From Candidatus Aegiribacteria sp. (GTDB lineage: Bacteria > Fermentibacterota > Fermentibacteria > Fermentibacterales > JCC-6), in assembly GCA_046498225.1 (NCBI GenBank), contig JAWOBF010000018.1, positions 1 through 21,072 on the forward strand: a stretch of 21,072 nt of DNA, given 5' to 3'. The position numbers and the translations under genes were made by a program. The notes below the pieces were generated by a model that worked only from the letters and a program-made list of their open reading frames with translations, was not told the origin of the DNA and searched no databases. Shown piece after piece: positions 8,195 through 17,609 of this stretch. Position 1 is the first letter of the stretch, and every line of letters starts with the position of its first letter.

Positions 8195-9556
8195 ATGACT
8201 GATGAATACAAAGGACCTGAAGAGAAGAGTCTTCGGCGGGTTCTCGGTCTTCCTGCCACCCTGACCATCGGGCTTGGGGTGATGATAGGCTCTGGAATAT
8301 TCGTCTTTCCGGGTCTGGCGGGAGGACGTGCCGGTATAGGCGCGGCCATCTCGTTCGGACTCGCAGGACTGGTGGCACTCATAGTAGCGCTCTGCATGGC
8401 CGAGCTTGCAACGGCTATTCCAAGGTCAGGCGGGGCGTACTATTTCATATCCAGGGGGCTGGGAGCTTTCTGGGGGACTATGGTGGGCCTGTCGTTGTGG
8501 ATCGGGCTCATTTTTGCTACAGGTTTCTACCTTGTGGCCTTCGGATACTATGTCGTCGATCTGTTGGCCAGGTTCGATATCGTATCTGAATGGACAGACA
8601 GCCTTCCCCTCTGCCTGGCTGCAGCAGGTTCCATACTGCTGACCGGAATAAACATGATGGGGGCCAGTAAAGCCGGAAAGCTCCAGAAGTCGGTGGTAAT
8701 CCTGCTGATTGTAATAATCGCGGGATTCCTTTCGGTGGGTCTGCTTAAAAGTCTGGGGATAGCCGGGGAACTGCCGGTTTCCAGGGAAATGCCGAATAAC
8801 TGGACCTCAGCTGTTCTGGCAACCTCAGCTCTCATATTCACATCTTATCTCGGGTTCGCACAGATCGCGAACGTCTCGGGTGAAGTGAAGAAACCTCAGA
8901 AAAACCTTCCGTTAGCCCTGGGTGGAAGTGTTTTGATAGCTGCAGCCATATACGTGATTACAATGGTGGTTATCACGGGTGCTTTCACCATTTCCCAGCT
9001 TGAGGATATGGGCGAGATGGCTATGGTGGAACTGGGGCGTACACTCTTCGGAGCGGCAGGATCGATGGTTCTGCTGTTTGCAGGACTCCTGGCAACTATT
9101 TCCAGTGCCAACGCGTCCATACTCGGCTCTTCCAGGATACTGTATGCGCTGGGAAGGGATAACATGGTGCCGAGGTTCACAACCCGCATCTCAAGCAGGT
9201 TCGCGGTACCATGGATATCTCTGCTGATGGTTGGGGGACCTGTTCTGCTGGTCCTCGTTCTGTTCGATCTGGAGCTTCTAGCTCAGGTAGCCTCTCTCCT
9301 TCATCTGATAATGTATGCCCTGGTATGCATCTCTCTTGCTGTGCTGAGAAGGACGAACCCGAAGTACTATACCCCGTCCTTTCGGATACCTTTCTACCTC
9401 CCCCTTTCGGCCGCAGGAGCCGTGGGATGTTTCACCATAATTTTCTTCATGAGCAGTAAGGCACAGCTTGTGGGTGCTGTGCTTATATTCGCGTCCATCA
9501 TCTGGTTCTCGCTGTATGCAAGTGGAGAGCAGACAAGGCGCTCTAGAAACAAATAG
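8195..9556 (+). CDS. APC-superfamily amino acid permease
   Basis: About 12 TM segments; GVMIGSGIF in TM1, AELATAIPRSGGAYYFI, SYLGF..IANVSGEVKKP.KNLP and SSRILYALGRD. Confidence 0.93.
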   Translation: MTDEYKGPEEKSLRRVLGLPATLTIGLGVMIGSGIFVFPGLAGGRAGIGAAISFGLAGLVALIVALCMAELATAIPRSGGAYYFISRGLGAFWGTMVGLSLWIGLIFATGFYLVAFGYYVVDLLARFDIVSEWTDSLPLCLAAAGSILLTGINMMGASKAGKLQKSVVILLIVIIAGFLSVGLLKSLGIAGELPVSREMPNNWTSAVLATSALIFTSYLGFAQIANVSGEVKKPQKNLPLALGGSVLIAAAIYVITMVVITGAFTISQLEDMGEMAMVELGRTLFGAAGSMVLLFAGLLATISSANASILGSSRILYALGRDNMVPRFTTRISSRFAVPWISLLMVGGPVLLVLVLFDLELLAQVASLLHLIMYALVCISLAVLRRTNPKYYTPSFRIPFYLPLSAAGAVGCFTIIFFMSSKAQLVGAVLIFASIIWFSLYASGEQTRRSRNK

Positions 9557-9707
9557 AGTAATAAGAAGGGTCTTCCGACGCCAGATCACCATCATGATTC
9601 ACAGAAAGGAAAAGCGATCTTCCGATCTCCCGGCTGACCGTTGACATAATGCAGGTTTATGGCAGATGTTCTCTCCAACAGTGGAAGGACGGTAAATTCT
9701 GCTGGTA

Positions 9708-12179
9708 ATGTACCAGGGATTTGATATCAATGATCCTCTATTCGTCTTCGGACTTACTCTTGCCGTAATTCTCATAGTTCCGCTGCTTTTTCAGCGAATT
9801 CGCATTCCCGGGCTTATCGGGCTCATTCTCGCCGGAGTAGTGCTGGGGCCCCACGCATTTGGACTTATTCATGATGAAAGCATAGTCCAGCCGATCGGAT
9901 CCATGGGTCTGCTTTATCTCATGTTCCTGGCCGGTCTGGAAGTGGACATGTACCGTTTCAGGAAGGAAAAGCACAACAGTTTTGTTTTCGGAGGCATAAC
10001 CTTCCTGATCCCTCAGCTGCTGGGGATGCTGGGAGCATGGTATTTCCTGGGGCTGCCATGGGCCGCGGCGATACTCATGGCCAGTATGTTCGCATCCCAC
10101 ACTCTGCTGCCATATCCGATAGCGCAACGTCTGGGTCTGGTCAAGGAAAGGGTTATAACCACCGTTGTGGGAGGTACGGTACTGACCGACTCCCTTGCCC
10201 TGCTGGTTCTGGCTGTGGTGGCGGAGTCAGCGACAGGAGAGCTTACACAGGCCTTCTGGACCCGGCTTGTTCTTCTGCTGCTTATCTATGCCGGGGTGGT
10301 AATATGGAGTGTGCCGCGGCTGGGTAGATGGTTCTTCAAGCGGGTTTCATCGGAAAGCATACCGGGATTCATCTTCGTCCTGGTACTGGCTTACGGCTGT
10401 TCGGTTACAGCACCCCTGGCCGGGCTTGAGCCGATAATCGGAGCTTTTCTGGCAGGACTCACTCTCAATATGCTCATACCGGAACACAGCAGGCTGATGG
10501 TGCGGCTCCGCTTTGTGGGAGAATCTCTCTTTATACCTTTCTTTTTGATCTCCGTTGGTCTCCGAGTAAATTTGAACCTGCTGATCGGATCAAAACAGGC
10601 ATGGCTCGTGATGCTGTTCATGGTTGTGGCCGGTTATGTCACGAAATTCCTGGCAGCCTTGCTCAGCGGAAAAATTCTGGATTTCTCCCGGGACGAGACG
10701 GGAGTCATGTTCGGACTCAGTGTCAACCAGGCGGGGGCAACCCTTGCCGCGGTGATTGTCGGAGTGCGGCTTGGTATCTTTACTGAGGACGTTCTTAACG
10801 GTACGATTCTCATGATCCTGGCCACATGCACCCTTGGACCGTGGGTGACCGATAAATACGGTAGGCGGCTCGCGCTAAGTCTTTCAAGCGCTCATATGGA
10901 CAGTTCAGGAGCCCCTGAACGAATAATGATACCCGTCAGCTCGCCTGAACAGATCGAGCCACTGATGTCCCTTGCTCTAATGGTTCGCGGGCACTGGTCA
11001 GGCCAGCCTCTCTACCCGACGATGATAACAACTGATGAGGATGAGAGCGAGGAAGCGGTTGCGTCCGCCGAGAAGATGCTTGCCGAAGCCGTCATCATGG
11101 CAGTTGAAGCGGATACCCCGGTCCAGCCGGTGACAAGGGTATCATCGATGATAGTAGATGGGCTAATGGGAGCTTGCCGGGACCTCAGAATATCCACGGT
11201 CATCATGGATGAAGAGTACTCCGCACCCGGCGTGCTTGAAAACCTGCCGGAACTCTTTGTTAAAAGAGGAAGACACCTGGTGCTGAGATTCATGAATCCA
11301 ACACTTGTTAACACCTTCAAGAGACTTCTGGTGGCCGTTCCCCCGCTCATGGAGAAACAGCCCGGATTCTTGTCCGCCTGGGAGCTGATCCTGAGAATAA
11401 AGAGCCAGGCGGGAACAGATCTTCTGGTGCTTGCCGAAGCACCTACTATTGAAAGTCTGGAGAGCAGGAGCGATCTGGACACGACTGCTCCGGGCACCGG
11501 AGCAATACCGGTAGAGGACTGGCACAAGCTTTCCGATATCATGGAGAGTGAATATAGAGAAGGAGATCTTCCGGTTCTCCTCCTTTCGAGACTGGGAAGG
11601 CTTGCATGGCAGCCTGTACAGACAAGGCTCCCGGGAGTTCTGAACAGAGCCCTCAACAGTAGTCCAATACTCCAGATATTCCCTCCTGAGATGAAATGGG
11701 AGAAAGAAGTCAGAGTGGACTCTCCCGCTGAAGGCCTTCAGGAAGTTTTTTCAGAGGATTCCGTTTTCCTGAACATGTCGGAAATCTCGCTGAATAAAGC
11801 TGTGGAGCATATGGTTGCCACGGTGTTCCGGGAACACACTCGAGCAAGGGAAGTGCTAATCAGCGACCTCCGTGACCAGCTGGACGAAAAATTGCTGAAA
11901 CTGTCTTCCGACTGTGTACTGCTGCATACTCACAAGGCTTCAAAACCAGCTCCGATGGCACTGCTGGCAACATCCAGAGAGGGATTCTCTGGAAAGCGGG
12001 GAGAAGAGGAAGCGAAAGTTCTCATACTGCTTCTCGGGACTTCAGATGATAGTCCGGAGGAGCATCTGAGAAGACTGGCACGAATAGCCTCACTCTTCCA
12101 TGATAGAAAACTGATAGAATCCCTGCTCTCTGCGAGGCGGTACGAAGATCTAAAAACTCACCAGATACAGCAGTCCTGA
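9708..12179 (+). CDS. CPA2 (Kef-like) cation:proton antiporter with USP-like domains and a C-terminal PTS EIIA(Ntr/Fru)-like domain
   Basis: The N-terminal ~390 aa match a Na/H exchanger (GLILAGVVLGP, LMFLAGLE, ASHTL, GTVLTD, IIGAFLAG, FIPFFLISVG). ERIMIPVS is a USP-like start. The C-terminus reads VLLHTH...VLILLLG......EHLRRLARIASLF. Confidence 0.88.
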   Translation: MYQGFDINDPLFVFGLTLAVILIVPLLFQRIRIPGLIGLILAGVVLGPHAFGLIHDESIVQPIGSMGLLYLMFLAGLEVDMYRFRKEKHNSFVFGGITFLIPQLLGMLGAWYFLGLPWAAAILMASMFASHTLLPYPIAQRLGLVKERVITTVVGGTVLTDSLALLVLAVVAESATGELTQAFWTRLVLLLLIYAGVVIWSVPRLGRWFFKRVSSESIPGFIFVLVLAYGCSVTAPLAGLEPIIGAFLAGLTLNMLIPEHSRLMVRLRFVGESLFIPFFLISVGLRVNLNLLIGSKQAWLVMLFMVVAGYVTKFLAALLSGKILDFSRDETGVMFGLSVNQAGATLAAVIVGVRLGIFTEDVLNGTILMILATCTLGPWVTDKYGRRLALSLSSAHMDSSGAPERIMIPVSSPEQIEPLMSLALMVRGHWSGQPLYPTMITTDEDESEEAVASAEKMLAEAVIMAVEADTPVQPVTRVSSMIVDGLMGACRDLRISTVIMDEEYSAPGVLENLPELFVKRGRHLVLRFMNPTLVNTFKRLLVAVPPLMEKQPGFLSAWELILRIKSQAGTDLLVLAEAPTIESLESRSDLDTTAPGTGAIPVEDWHKLSDIMESEYREGDLPVLLLSRLGRLAWQPVQTRLPGVLNRALNSSPILQIFPPEMKWEKEVRVDSPAEGLQEVFSEDSVFLNMSEISLNKAVEHMVATVFREHTRAREVLISDLRDQLDEKLLKLSSDCVLLHTHKASKPAPMALLATSREGFSGKRGEEEAKVLILLLGTSDDSPEEHLRRLARIASLFHDRKLIESLLSARRYEDLKTHQIQQS

Positions 12180-12307
12180 GCAGTCAGCCAACAGTGCCAG
12201 TTTATAACATCTTGAAGTCTGACCGGAAAGGGCAAACTCTGTTATTGTGTTGATTGACATTATACCATATACGATAGATATATAATCGGTCAAATAAGTT
12301 AATGAAT

Positions 12308-15049
12308 TCAGGTGCGTCCCTGGAAATCGGGGCCCAGGATGGTTATCTCGTCGTCTCCCGACGGGTACTTCAGCTCATCTGCCCGCCTTTTCTGACGTTT
12401 CCTTTCATTGCCGGGCTTTCCGCTGTCGCCGCTTTCTATGACACTGGTGGAGAGTTTCAGAGCTTCAATGGTCTCCTTCAGCTGCGAGACCAGCTCTCTG
12501 TCTATCTTGCTCTTCTTGAACAGTCCTCCTTCCACTTCATCACGCAGGTTCTCCAGCACCGGAAGTTCAGTGTCGGTCCCGTACCGTCTCATTATTCGGA
12601 ACGTTTCGGCTAGCATTTCAGGGTCATCGAAGAGAATGCCGGATGGTCCCTTTTCAAGGCATTCGGACAGGAATTCAATAACCTGCCTGTGCTTGCCCAG
12701 GATACTGAGGGATTCCAGTATCTCTCTACGTATGGAGGTGTTCCTGCGGAAGGCCTCTATGATCCTGGGAACGAAAGCCGGGTTATTGGAGGCCTGCTTT
12801 GTGATTATGTCCAGGGCTATCTCCGCCACATCCTTCGACCTGTCCAGCACCAGCTGCAGGGACAGGCTCTCCGCGGTGGTGAGCGACACCTTCACCAGGG
12901 CCAGAAGGCATTCCCGCCTTATCCTGCTGTCCGATACCCTGCAGAGATCCGCCAGGACCGACTCGCTGTCGGGAGAACCGATCTCCCGAAGTATCTGTAT
13001 CATATTGCGCGCCAGGAACCAGTCGGAATCCGGCAGGGAGCCCGAAGCCTCGTCCAAGTTGGGGTCAAAGCCCGTAACCACTTCCTTGAGCTTCCCGTGT
13101 ATCGAGGTCAGGCCCCTCCTGCCCAGCCTTAAAAGGGCCTGGAAAGCCTTGGAGCGGAGCCTTCTATTGTCTTCGTGGAAGACATGCATCAGCTGTGAGA
13201 CCAGGTTGTCCGGGGGAAGGATCATTGCCAGCCTCTGGGCTTCGCCGGCAACGGACACATCCTCGGAAAGCAACTTCTGGACCAGGACCTCCGCCCCATC
13301 GATAGTATCCAGCCTTCGGCGGGCTTCGGACAGGGCCCTCTTCCTGGCGGCTTCCAGCTCCAGCCGGGGGAATTTCATGGACTGCAGATTATGAAGCGTC
13401 CTCCCCGCCTCCAGGGCTATGGATATCATGCCCCGGGCAAGCAATACCTCGACAAGGGAGGAAACCAGAATGACTCCCCTGTAGAGGGCATCCGGGTCCT
13501 GCTCCCTTTTCATGAGCAGGGTCACCCGCTCCACTATCTGGATGGTTGAGTTCTCCTTGCCCCGCTCCACGGCCAGCATGGCCATGTCCTTGAGCTTGCC
13601 CAGCGCCTCATGCCTTACATCGGGGTCCGGCGAGGAGAGACTGTTCAACAGGCTGTCTATCATCCTCCTTACTGCCTTCCAGGCCATTCCCTTCTGAATG
13701 GCGGGATTGGACAGAAGGCCCCGTTCGAGGAGGGTCGGGTCAAGCGCGGTGACGAATCTGGCTATCATTCCCCTCTGCTCCTCGCGGTCCTCCCTGGCCG
13801 CCGCGAGCACTGATTTCAGGGCATCACCTATCTTGTTCCCGGGCAGATTATCGATGCTGTCCCCTCTCTCCAGCCTGTCTATGAGCTCGGAGAATATGGC
13901 GTCCTCTACGGTTACATCGCTTCTGGAGAGGGACTGGTCAGTGTCACCGTCACCGGAGATGAGCTGGTAATGGAACCTGTTGATGGATATTGAAGACAGA
14001 TCCCTCAACTCCACCAGCCTGCCCATGCCTCCATGTTCCGATATGTAGGAAGGAGGTCGGTTGAACAGTCTGGCGAAGGTCTTTACATCCTCGGCGGACG
14101 TCTCCGGGGCGAAGGTAAGGCTGCTCATCTTCCTTTCGGTGAAGGACCGTATGAAATTTCTGATGTCGGTGGTCTTCTTGTCGATGCTGACGTCGTTAAC
14201 CATGACGGAGTCGCCCATGACCGAAATGGTTACCTGTTCGTTGTCCTTGTGGAACCTGGACAGGACGCTTACGAATGATTCGGTGGAGGGATCGATGGAG
14301 GGATGCCCCGAAGGGAACATCTGAAGGACCTTGACCAGAAGTTCCAGTCTCTTCACCAGGTTCTCCGCGTTCCTCTGGGCCATGGCCTGGGACATCTGCC
14401 CGGTACCCATGTGGGCGGCAAGGTTGCCGCCGGCGGAGTATTTCTTCAGGGAAGCGGGACTGATGAAAAAATTCCAGATGCCGGGGGACTTCTCAATAAA
14501 ATCCAGCTCCGTAAGAATGTCCTTCATGAATTTCCTGATGGCCATGGGATAGGAACTCAGGGACAGACGGAAATTCTGTTCTCCGCTTCCGGCTTCCCCC
14601 ATGACCTTCAGCGCTATATCCGCGCCTGTGCATTCCATGTCGGACCCGGGGTCGAGAAGATCATCCTCGATTAGTATATACATGACTTCGATAAGCATGG
14701 ACGTCTTGGCGGTAACATACTCCGCCTCCTCTGGAGACAGCCTGCTGAACAGCCTCCAGGTGTCATCCAGCTTCGACTTGCGAAAGTAGTTGTCCAGCCC
14801 CCGCCAGTCCCAGTCGGGAAGTGTACTCTGCAGCAGGTCTCTGTTTATCAGGGAGAGAAAAGTGAGGCCGAACTCGATCCTGCTGCACGCATCCCCCACC
14901 GCGATGCCCAGTACCGGACCTATGACTTCGGGCTCGTAGCCGGAGATGAATTTCGCCAGAGCAGCCACTCTCTGCTCGGGATCCTCCTGTGAGGAGACGT
15001 TTGTGGACAGTCTTCCAGCGGTAAGTACGGCCTCGGATCCTGTTGTCAT
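12308..15049 (-). CDS. Large HEAT-repeat domain protein of unknown function
   Basis: 913 aa. HEAT-like units occupy the C-terminal half (SPDPDVRHEALGKL, EDNRRLRSKAFQALLRLG, DWFLARNMIQILREIG, SDSRIRRECLLALVKV). A central domain starts LQMFPSGHP. SD AGGGG upstream. Confidence 0.82.
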   Translation of the reverse strand: MTTGSEAVLTAGRLSTNVSSQEDPEQRVAALAKFISGYEPEVIGPVLGIAVGDACSRIEFGLTFLSLINRDLLQSTLPDWDWRGLDNYFRKSKLDDTWRLFSRLSPEEAEYVTAKTSMLIEVMYILIEDDLLDPGSDMECTGADIALKVMGEAGSGEQNFRLSLSSYPMAIRKFMKDILTELDFIEKSPGIWNFFISPASLKKYSAGGNLAAHMGTGQMSQAMAQRNAENLVKRLELLVKVLQMFPSGHPSIDPSTESFVSVLSRFHKDNEQVTISVMGDSVMVNDVSIDKKTTDIRNFIRSFTERKMSSLTFAPETSAEDVKTFARLFNRPPSYISEHGGMGRLVELRDLSSISINRFHYQLISGDGDTDQSLSRSDVTVEDAIFSELIDRLERGDSIDNLPGNKIGDALKSVLAAAREDREEQRGMIARFVTALDPTLLERGLLSNPAIQKGMAWKAVRRMIDSLLNSLSSPDPDVRHEALGKLKDMAMLAVERGKENSTIQIVERVTLLMKREQDPDALYRGVILVSSLVEVLLARGMISIALEAGRTLHNLQSMKFPRLELEAARKRALSEARRRLDTIDGAEVLVQKLLSEDVSVAGEAQRLAMILPPDNLVSQLMHVFHEDNRRLRSKAFQALLRLGRRGLTSIHGKLKEVVTGFDPNLDEASGSLPDSDWFLARNMIQILREIGSPDSESVLADLCRVSDSRIRRECLLALVKVSLTTAESLSLQLVLDRSKDVAEIALDIITKQASNNPAFVPRIIEAFRRNTSIRREILESLSILGKHRQVIEFLSECLEKGPSGILFDDPEMLAETFRIMRRYGTDTELPVLENLRDEVEGGLFKKSKIDRELVSQLKETIEALKLSTSVIESGDSGKPGNERKRQKRRADELKYPSGDDEITILGPDFQGRT

Positions 15050-15081
15050 TATTAACCCCTATATTGAAAATTTACCTATAA

Positions 15082-15111
15082 AACATATGCAACTACTGCA
15101 ATAAAGGTCAA
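15082..15111 (-). promoter_or_regulatory. Putative sigma70 promoter of the HEAT-repeat gene
   Basis: Minus strand TTGACC (15111-15106)-N18-TATGTT (15087-15082), in an AT-rich intergenic stretch. Confidence 0.35.
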
Positions 15112-15162
15112 CACCGCATTAGAACTCCGGACGATGGTGCGGCCGGAGCCATATTCAAGGGG

Positions 15163-16050
15163 TCATATGAGTGAGGCGAGCCTGTTCCATATCCTTTCTG
15201 CCGCGACGGATGCGGGACAGTCGGGATCGAATTCGGTCACCGACCGGCCCCGGGCCATGGCCCGGGTCACGGTTCTGTCGTATGGGATTCTCCCGAGCAG
15301 CGGAATGCTCTCACTTGAGCAGAAGCTCTCGATCTCAAGCGTCCGTGAGCTGTTGATATCGCTTTTGTTGACACATACCGCGGACCTGACTCCGAAATGG
15401 TCCACGGTCTGAAGTATCCTTCGAAGATCGTGTATGGCGGAAACACCCGGTTCGGTGGATATCAGCGCAAGGTCAGCCCCGGCGCAGGCTGCTATCACCG
15501 GACAACCTATTCCGGGAGGCCCGTCCACCATCAGCAGATCGCATTCAAGAGACCCGCATTCCTTCTCCGCCGCCTTTTTGACCGTTGATACCAGCTTGCC
15601 GGAGTTCTCCTCTCCCGCCTTCATCTCCGCATGGAAAAGCGGGCCGCAGGAGGAGCTGGAACGAAACCACGTACCTGCCCGGGTACGACTGCTCTCGATA
15701 GCTTGCTCAGGGCACTGATACAGGCAGGAGTTGCACCCCTCGCAGCTGATCGAGTCGATGGAATAGTGCTTCTCGGGGTTATCGGAAATGACCACCGCTC
15801 CGAACCTGCAGACCTCCATGCATATGCCGCAGCCGGTACAGCGTTCGTGCAGTATCCTGGCCTTGTAGCCTCCGATGAACTCATACTCCTCCAGCCGGTC
15901 GGGGCTGAGAATGAGTTCCAGGTTCGCCGCGTCCACATCGGCGTCCGCGAGTACCAGTGACATCTTCCTGGAAGCCAGATGGGCCAGCGCGGCTGTCAGA
16001 GTGGTTTTTCCGGTGCCTCCCTTGCCGCTTAGTATGACTATCTGCCTCAC
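15163..16050 (-). CDS. MinD-superfamily P-loop ATPase with inserted 2x[4Fe-4S] ferredoxin domain (COG1149)
   Basis: Deviant Walker A SGKGGTGKTT, DADVDA, CTGCGICMEVC, CEGCNSCLYQCP, ENSGKLV and DGPPGIGCP. The GTG start overlaps the upstream TGA (GTGA). Confidence 0.93.
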   Translation of the reverse strand: MRQIVILSGKGGTGKTTLTAALAHLASRKMSLVLADADVDAANLELILSPDRLEEYEFIGGYKARILHERCTGCGICMEVCRFGAVVISDNPEKHYSIDSISCEGCNSCLYQCPEQAIESSRTRAGTWFRSSSSCGPLFHAEMKAGEENSGKLVSTVKKAAEKECGSLECDLLMVDGPPGIGCPVIAACAGADLALISTEPGVSAIHDLRRILQTVDHFGVRSAVCVNKSDINSSRTLEIESFCSSESIPLLGRIPYDRTVTRAMARGRSVTEFDPDCPASVAAERIWNRLASLI

Positions 16051-16910
16051 ACTCGAGTTCTCCCTTCGATGAAAGCCAATACCTCACGGAAAAGGTCCCC
16101 GTATTCGGGCATTCCCTCTGTAAGGGGGGTGCCCTCCGAAAGGAGCGTGGCTATCCTCCGGTCCATCGGTATACGGCCCAGAACGGGAAGGTCCCTTCTC
16201 CGGCAGAAGGTTTCCACATCATCGTTCCCTATGCCGTCACGGTTTATTATTACACCGGCGGGAAGTCCGAGTTCACCCACTACCACATCTACCGCCGCCC
16301 TGAGATCGTGAAGACCGAAAGGGGTGGGTTCCGTTACCAGGACTACGAAATCGCCGACCCCGACAGCCTCCACTACGGGGCAGGATGTGCCGGGGGAAGA
16401 GTCAATGATCACCGTCCTGTTAGCGGACACGGGAAGGTACTCCCGAAGAAGAGCTGAGATGACCGGCACCGGCATCGCCTGTCCCACGTTCAGAACACCT
16501 CTGGCGAAATCAATATTTCCGTCACTGCCCCCCTGAATAATTCCGGTCATGTGGGTTATCTCGCTGATGGCCCGCCTGGGACATGAGAGCGAGCAGCTTC
16601 CGCATCCATGACAGAGGTCCCTGAACACCAGGACCTTTTCTCCGGCTACGGCTATGGCGTTCCATACGCACACTTCCGAGCATTTTCCGCAGAAGTCGCA
16701 GTTGTCTGCGTCCACCATGGGCACAGCCACACCGGTTTCCTTCTGCAGTGAGTACTCCACGTCCAGAAAAAGTCCGCAGTTGGGTTCCTCAACGTCGCAG
16801 TCAAGCAGCAGCGGGTTTTCGGAAGCGTTCTCTGAAGCTGCCAGCGCAAGGCTTACCGCCACCGTGGTCTTTCCGGTGCCGCCCTTGCCGCTGGCTACCG
16901 CTATAACCAC
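16047..16910 (-). CDS. MinD-superfamily P-loop ATPase with inserted 2x[4Fe-4S] ferredoxin domain (COG1149), second paralogue
   Basis: ASGKGGTGKTT, DCDVEEPN, CDFCGKCSEVC, CHGCGSCSLSCP, DSSPGTSCP and EPTPFGLHDL. Confidence 0.93.
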   Translation of the reverse strand: MVIAVASGKGGTGKTTVAVSLALAASENASENPLLLDCDVEEPNCGLFLDVEYSLQKETGVAVPMVDADNCDFCGKCSEVCVWNAIAVAGEKVLVFRDLCHGCGSCSLSCPRRAISEITHMTGIIQGGSDGNIDFARGVLNVGQAMPVPVISALLREYLPVSANRTVIIDSSPGTSCPVVEAVGVGDFVVLVTEPTPFGLHDLRAAVDVVVGELGLPAGVIINRDGIGNDDVETFCRRRDLPVLGRIPMDRRIATLLSEGTPLTEGMPEYGDLFREVLAFIEGRTRV

Positions 16911-16919
16911 CTCCGCAGC

Positions 16920-17111
16920 CTATTCCCGTGTCAGCCTTGTGCCGCACTTGGGGCACTCGAGGGTGTTGCACGGTTTTCCAACGGTATGCTTCTGCCTGTG
17001 CCCGCAGGACGGGCATACGCAGTCTCCGCCGGGGCCCGCGGCCAGGGGGCCGCCCCCGCGGCCCCTGCCGCCGGTATCTGAAGAATTCCTTCCTCTTCCT
17101 CGTCCGTTCAT
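16920..17111 (-). CDS. Small Gly/Arg-rich, Cys-rich metal-binding (zinc-ribbon-like) protein
   Basis: GR-rich N-terminus followed by GPGGDCVCPSCG...GKPC....CPKCG. Strong SD AAGGGAGGTG. Sits tightly within the operon. Confidence 0.82.
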   Translation of the reverse strand: MNGRGRGRNSSDTGGRGRGGGPLAAGPGGDCVCPSCGHRQKHTVGKPCNTLECPKCGTRLTRE

Positions 17112-17126
17112 TCTGACACCTCCCTT

Positions 17127-17609
17127 CTATCGATCTTTCCTGTCCGGAAGCCTTACTATCACGTCGTCAAGCTGCTCCAGAAGGGCAGCCGCCTCCTCCT
17201 TCAGTCGATCCGCAGGGTCCTCCTTCTCGTACCGGGAGTCCCGACGTGCGTGCTGAACGCTTTCCCTGCAGGGCGAAGCATCAGTCAGTCCGCCGGAGAG
17301 AAAGCTGTCAACCGCCGTTCTGACGGTTCCGGAGGCGCCTGTCGCGCAGTCTATCCCGTAGTCCTGGAACATGGCGATAGCCCTTCTTCCCATGCCGCCG
17401 GCTATCATTATATCCGCTTCCAGCTCCCGAATAAGGGAGGGCACCTGTCCCGGGGCATGGGAGCTATAGAAAGGGTTTTCCACAACCTGAAAGCTTTCAA
17501 TGGAACCGTTGTCAACGTCCACTACGGTGAAGTACGGACATCTTCCGAAGTGGTGGCTGACAGAGCTGTCCAGGTTCCTGTCCGTATCCGATGATACTGC
17601 AATTCTCAT
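17127..17609 (-). CDS. NifB/NifX (Nitro_FeMo-Co, COG1433/MTH1175-like) protein with C-terminal coiled-coil tail
   Basis: MRIAV...VSHHFGRCPYF.VVD...ENP, IAGGMGRRA and A.GTV..AV..F..G.L. Confidence 0.9.
   Translation of the reverse strand: MRIAVSSDTDRNLDSSVSHHFGRCPYFTVVDVDNGSIESFQVVENPFYSSHAPGQVPSLIRELEADIMIAGGMGRRAIAMFQDYGIDCATGASGTVRTAVDSFLSGGLTDASPCRESVQHARRDSRYEKEDPADRLKEEAAALLEQLDDVIVRLPDRKDR

Noticed and set aside
8154..9590. CGGAAGACC / GGTCTTCCG inverted match flanking the APC gene, suggesting mobile-element ends
   Set aside because: Only a 9-bp core, with no transposase or target-site duplication; compatible with chance.
9557..9707. Possible riboswitch or promoter upstream of the antiporter (TTGACA at 9641-9646)
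   Set aside because: No good -10 at canonical spacing and no recognisable riboswitch consensus by eye; an Rfam/Infernal scan would be needed.
12408..13394. 328-aa Ser-rich antisense ORF inside the HEAT gene
   Set aside because: Its composition mirrors the Leu/Glu/Arg codons on the other strand; no independent evidence.
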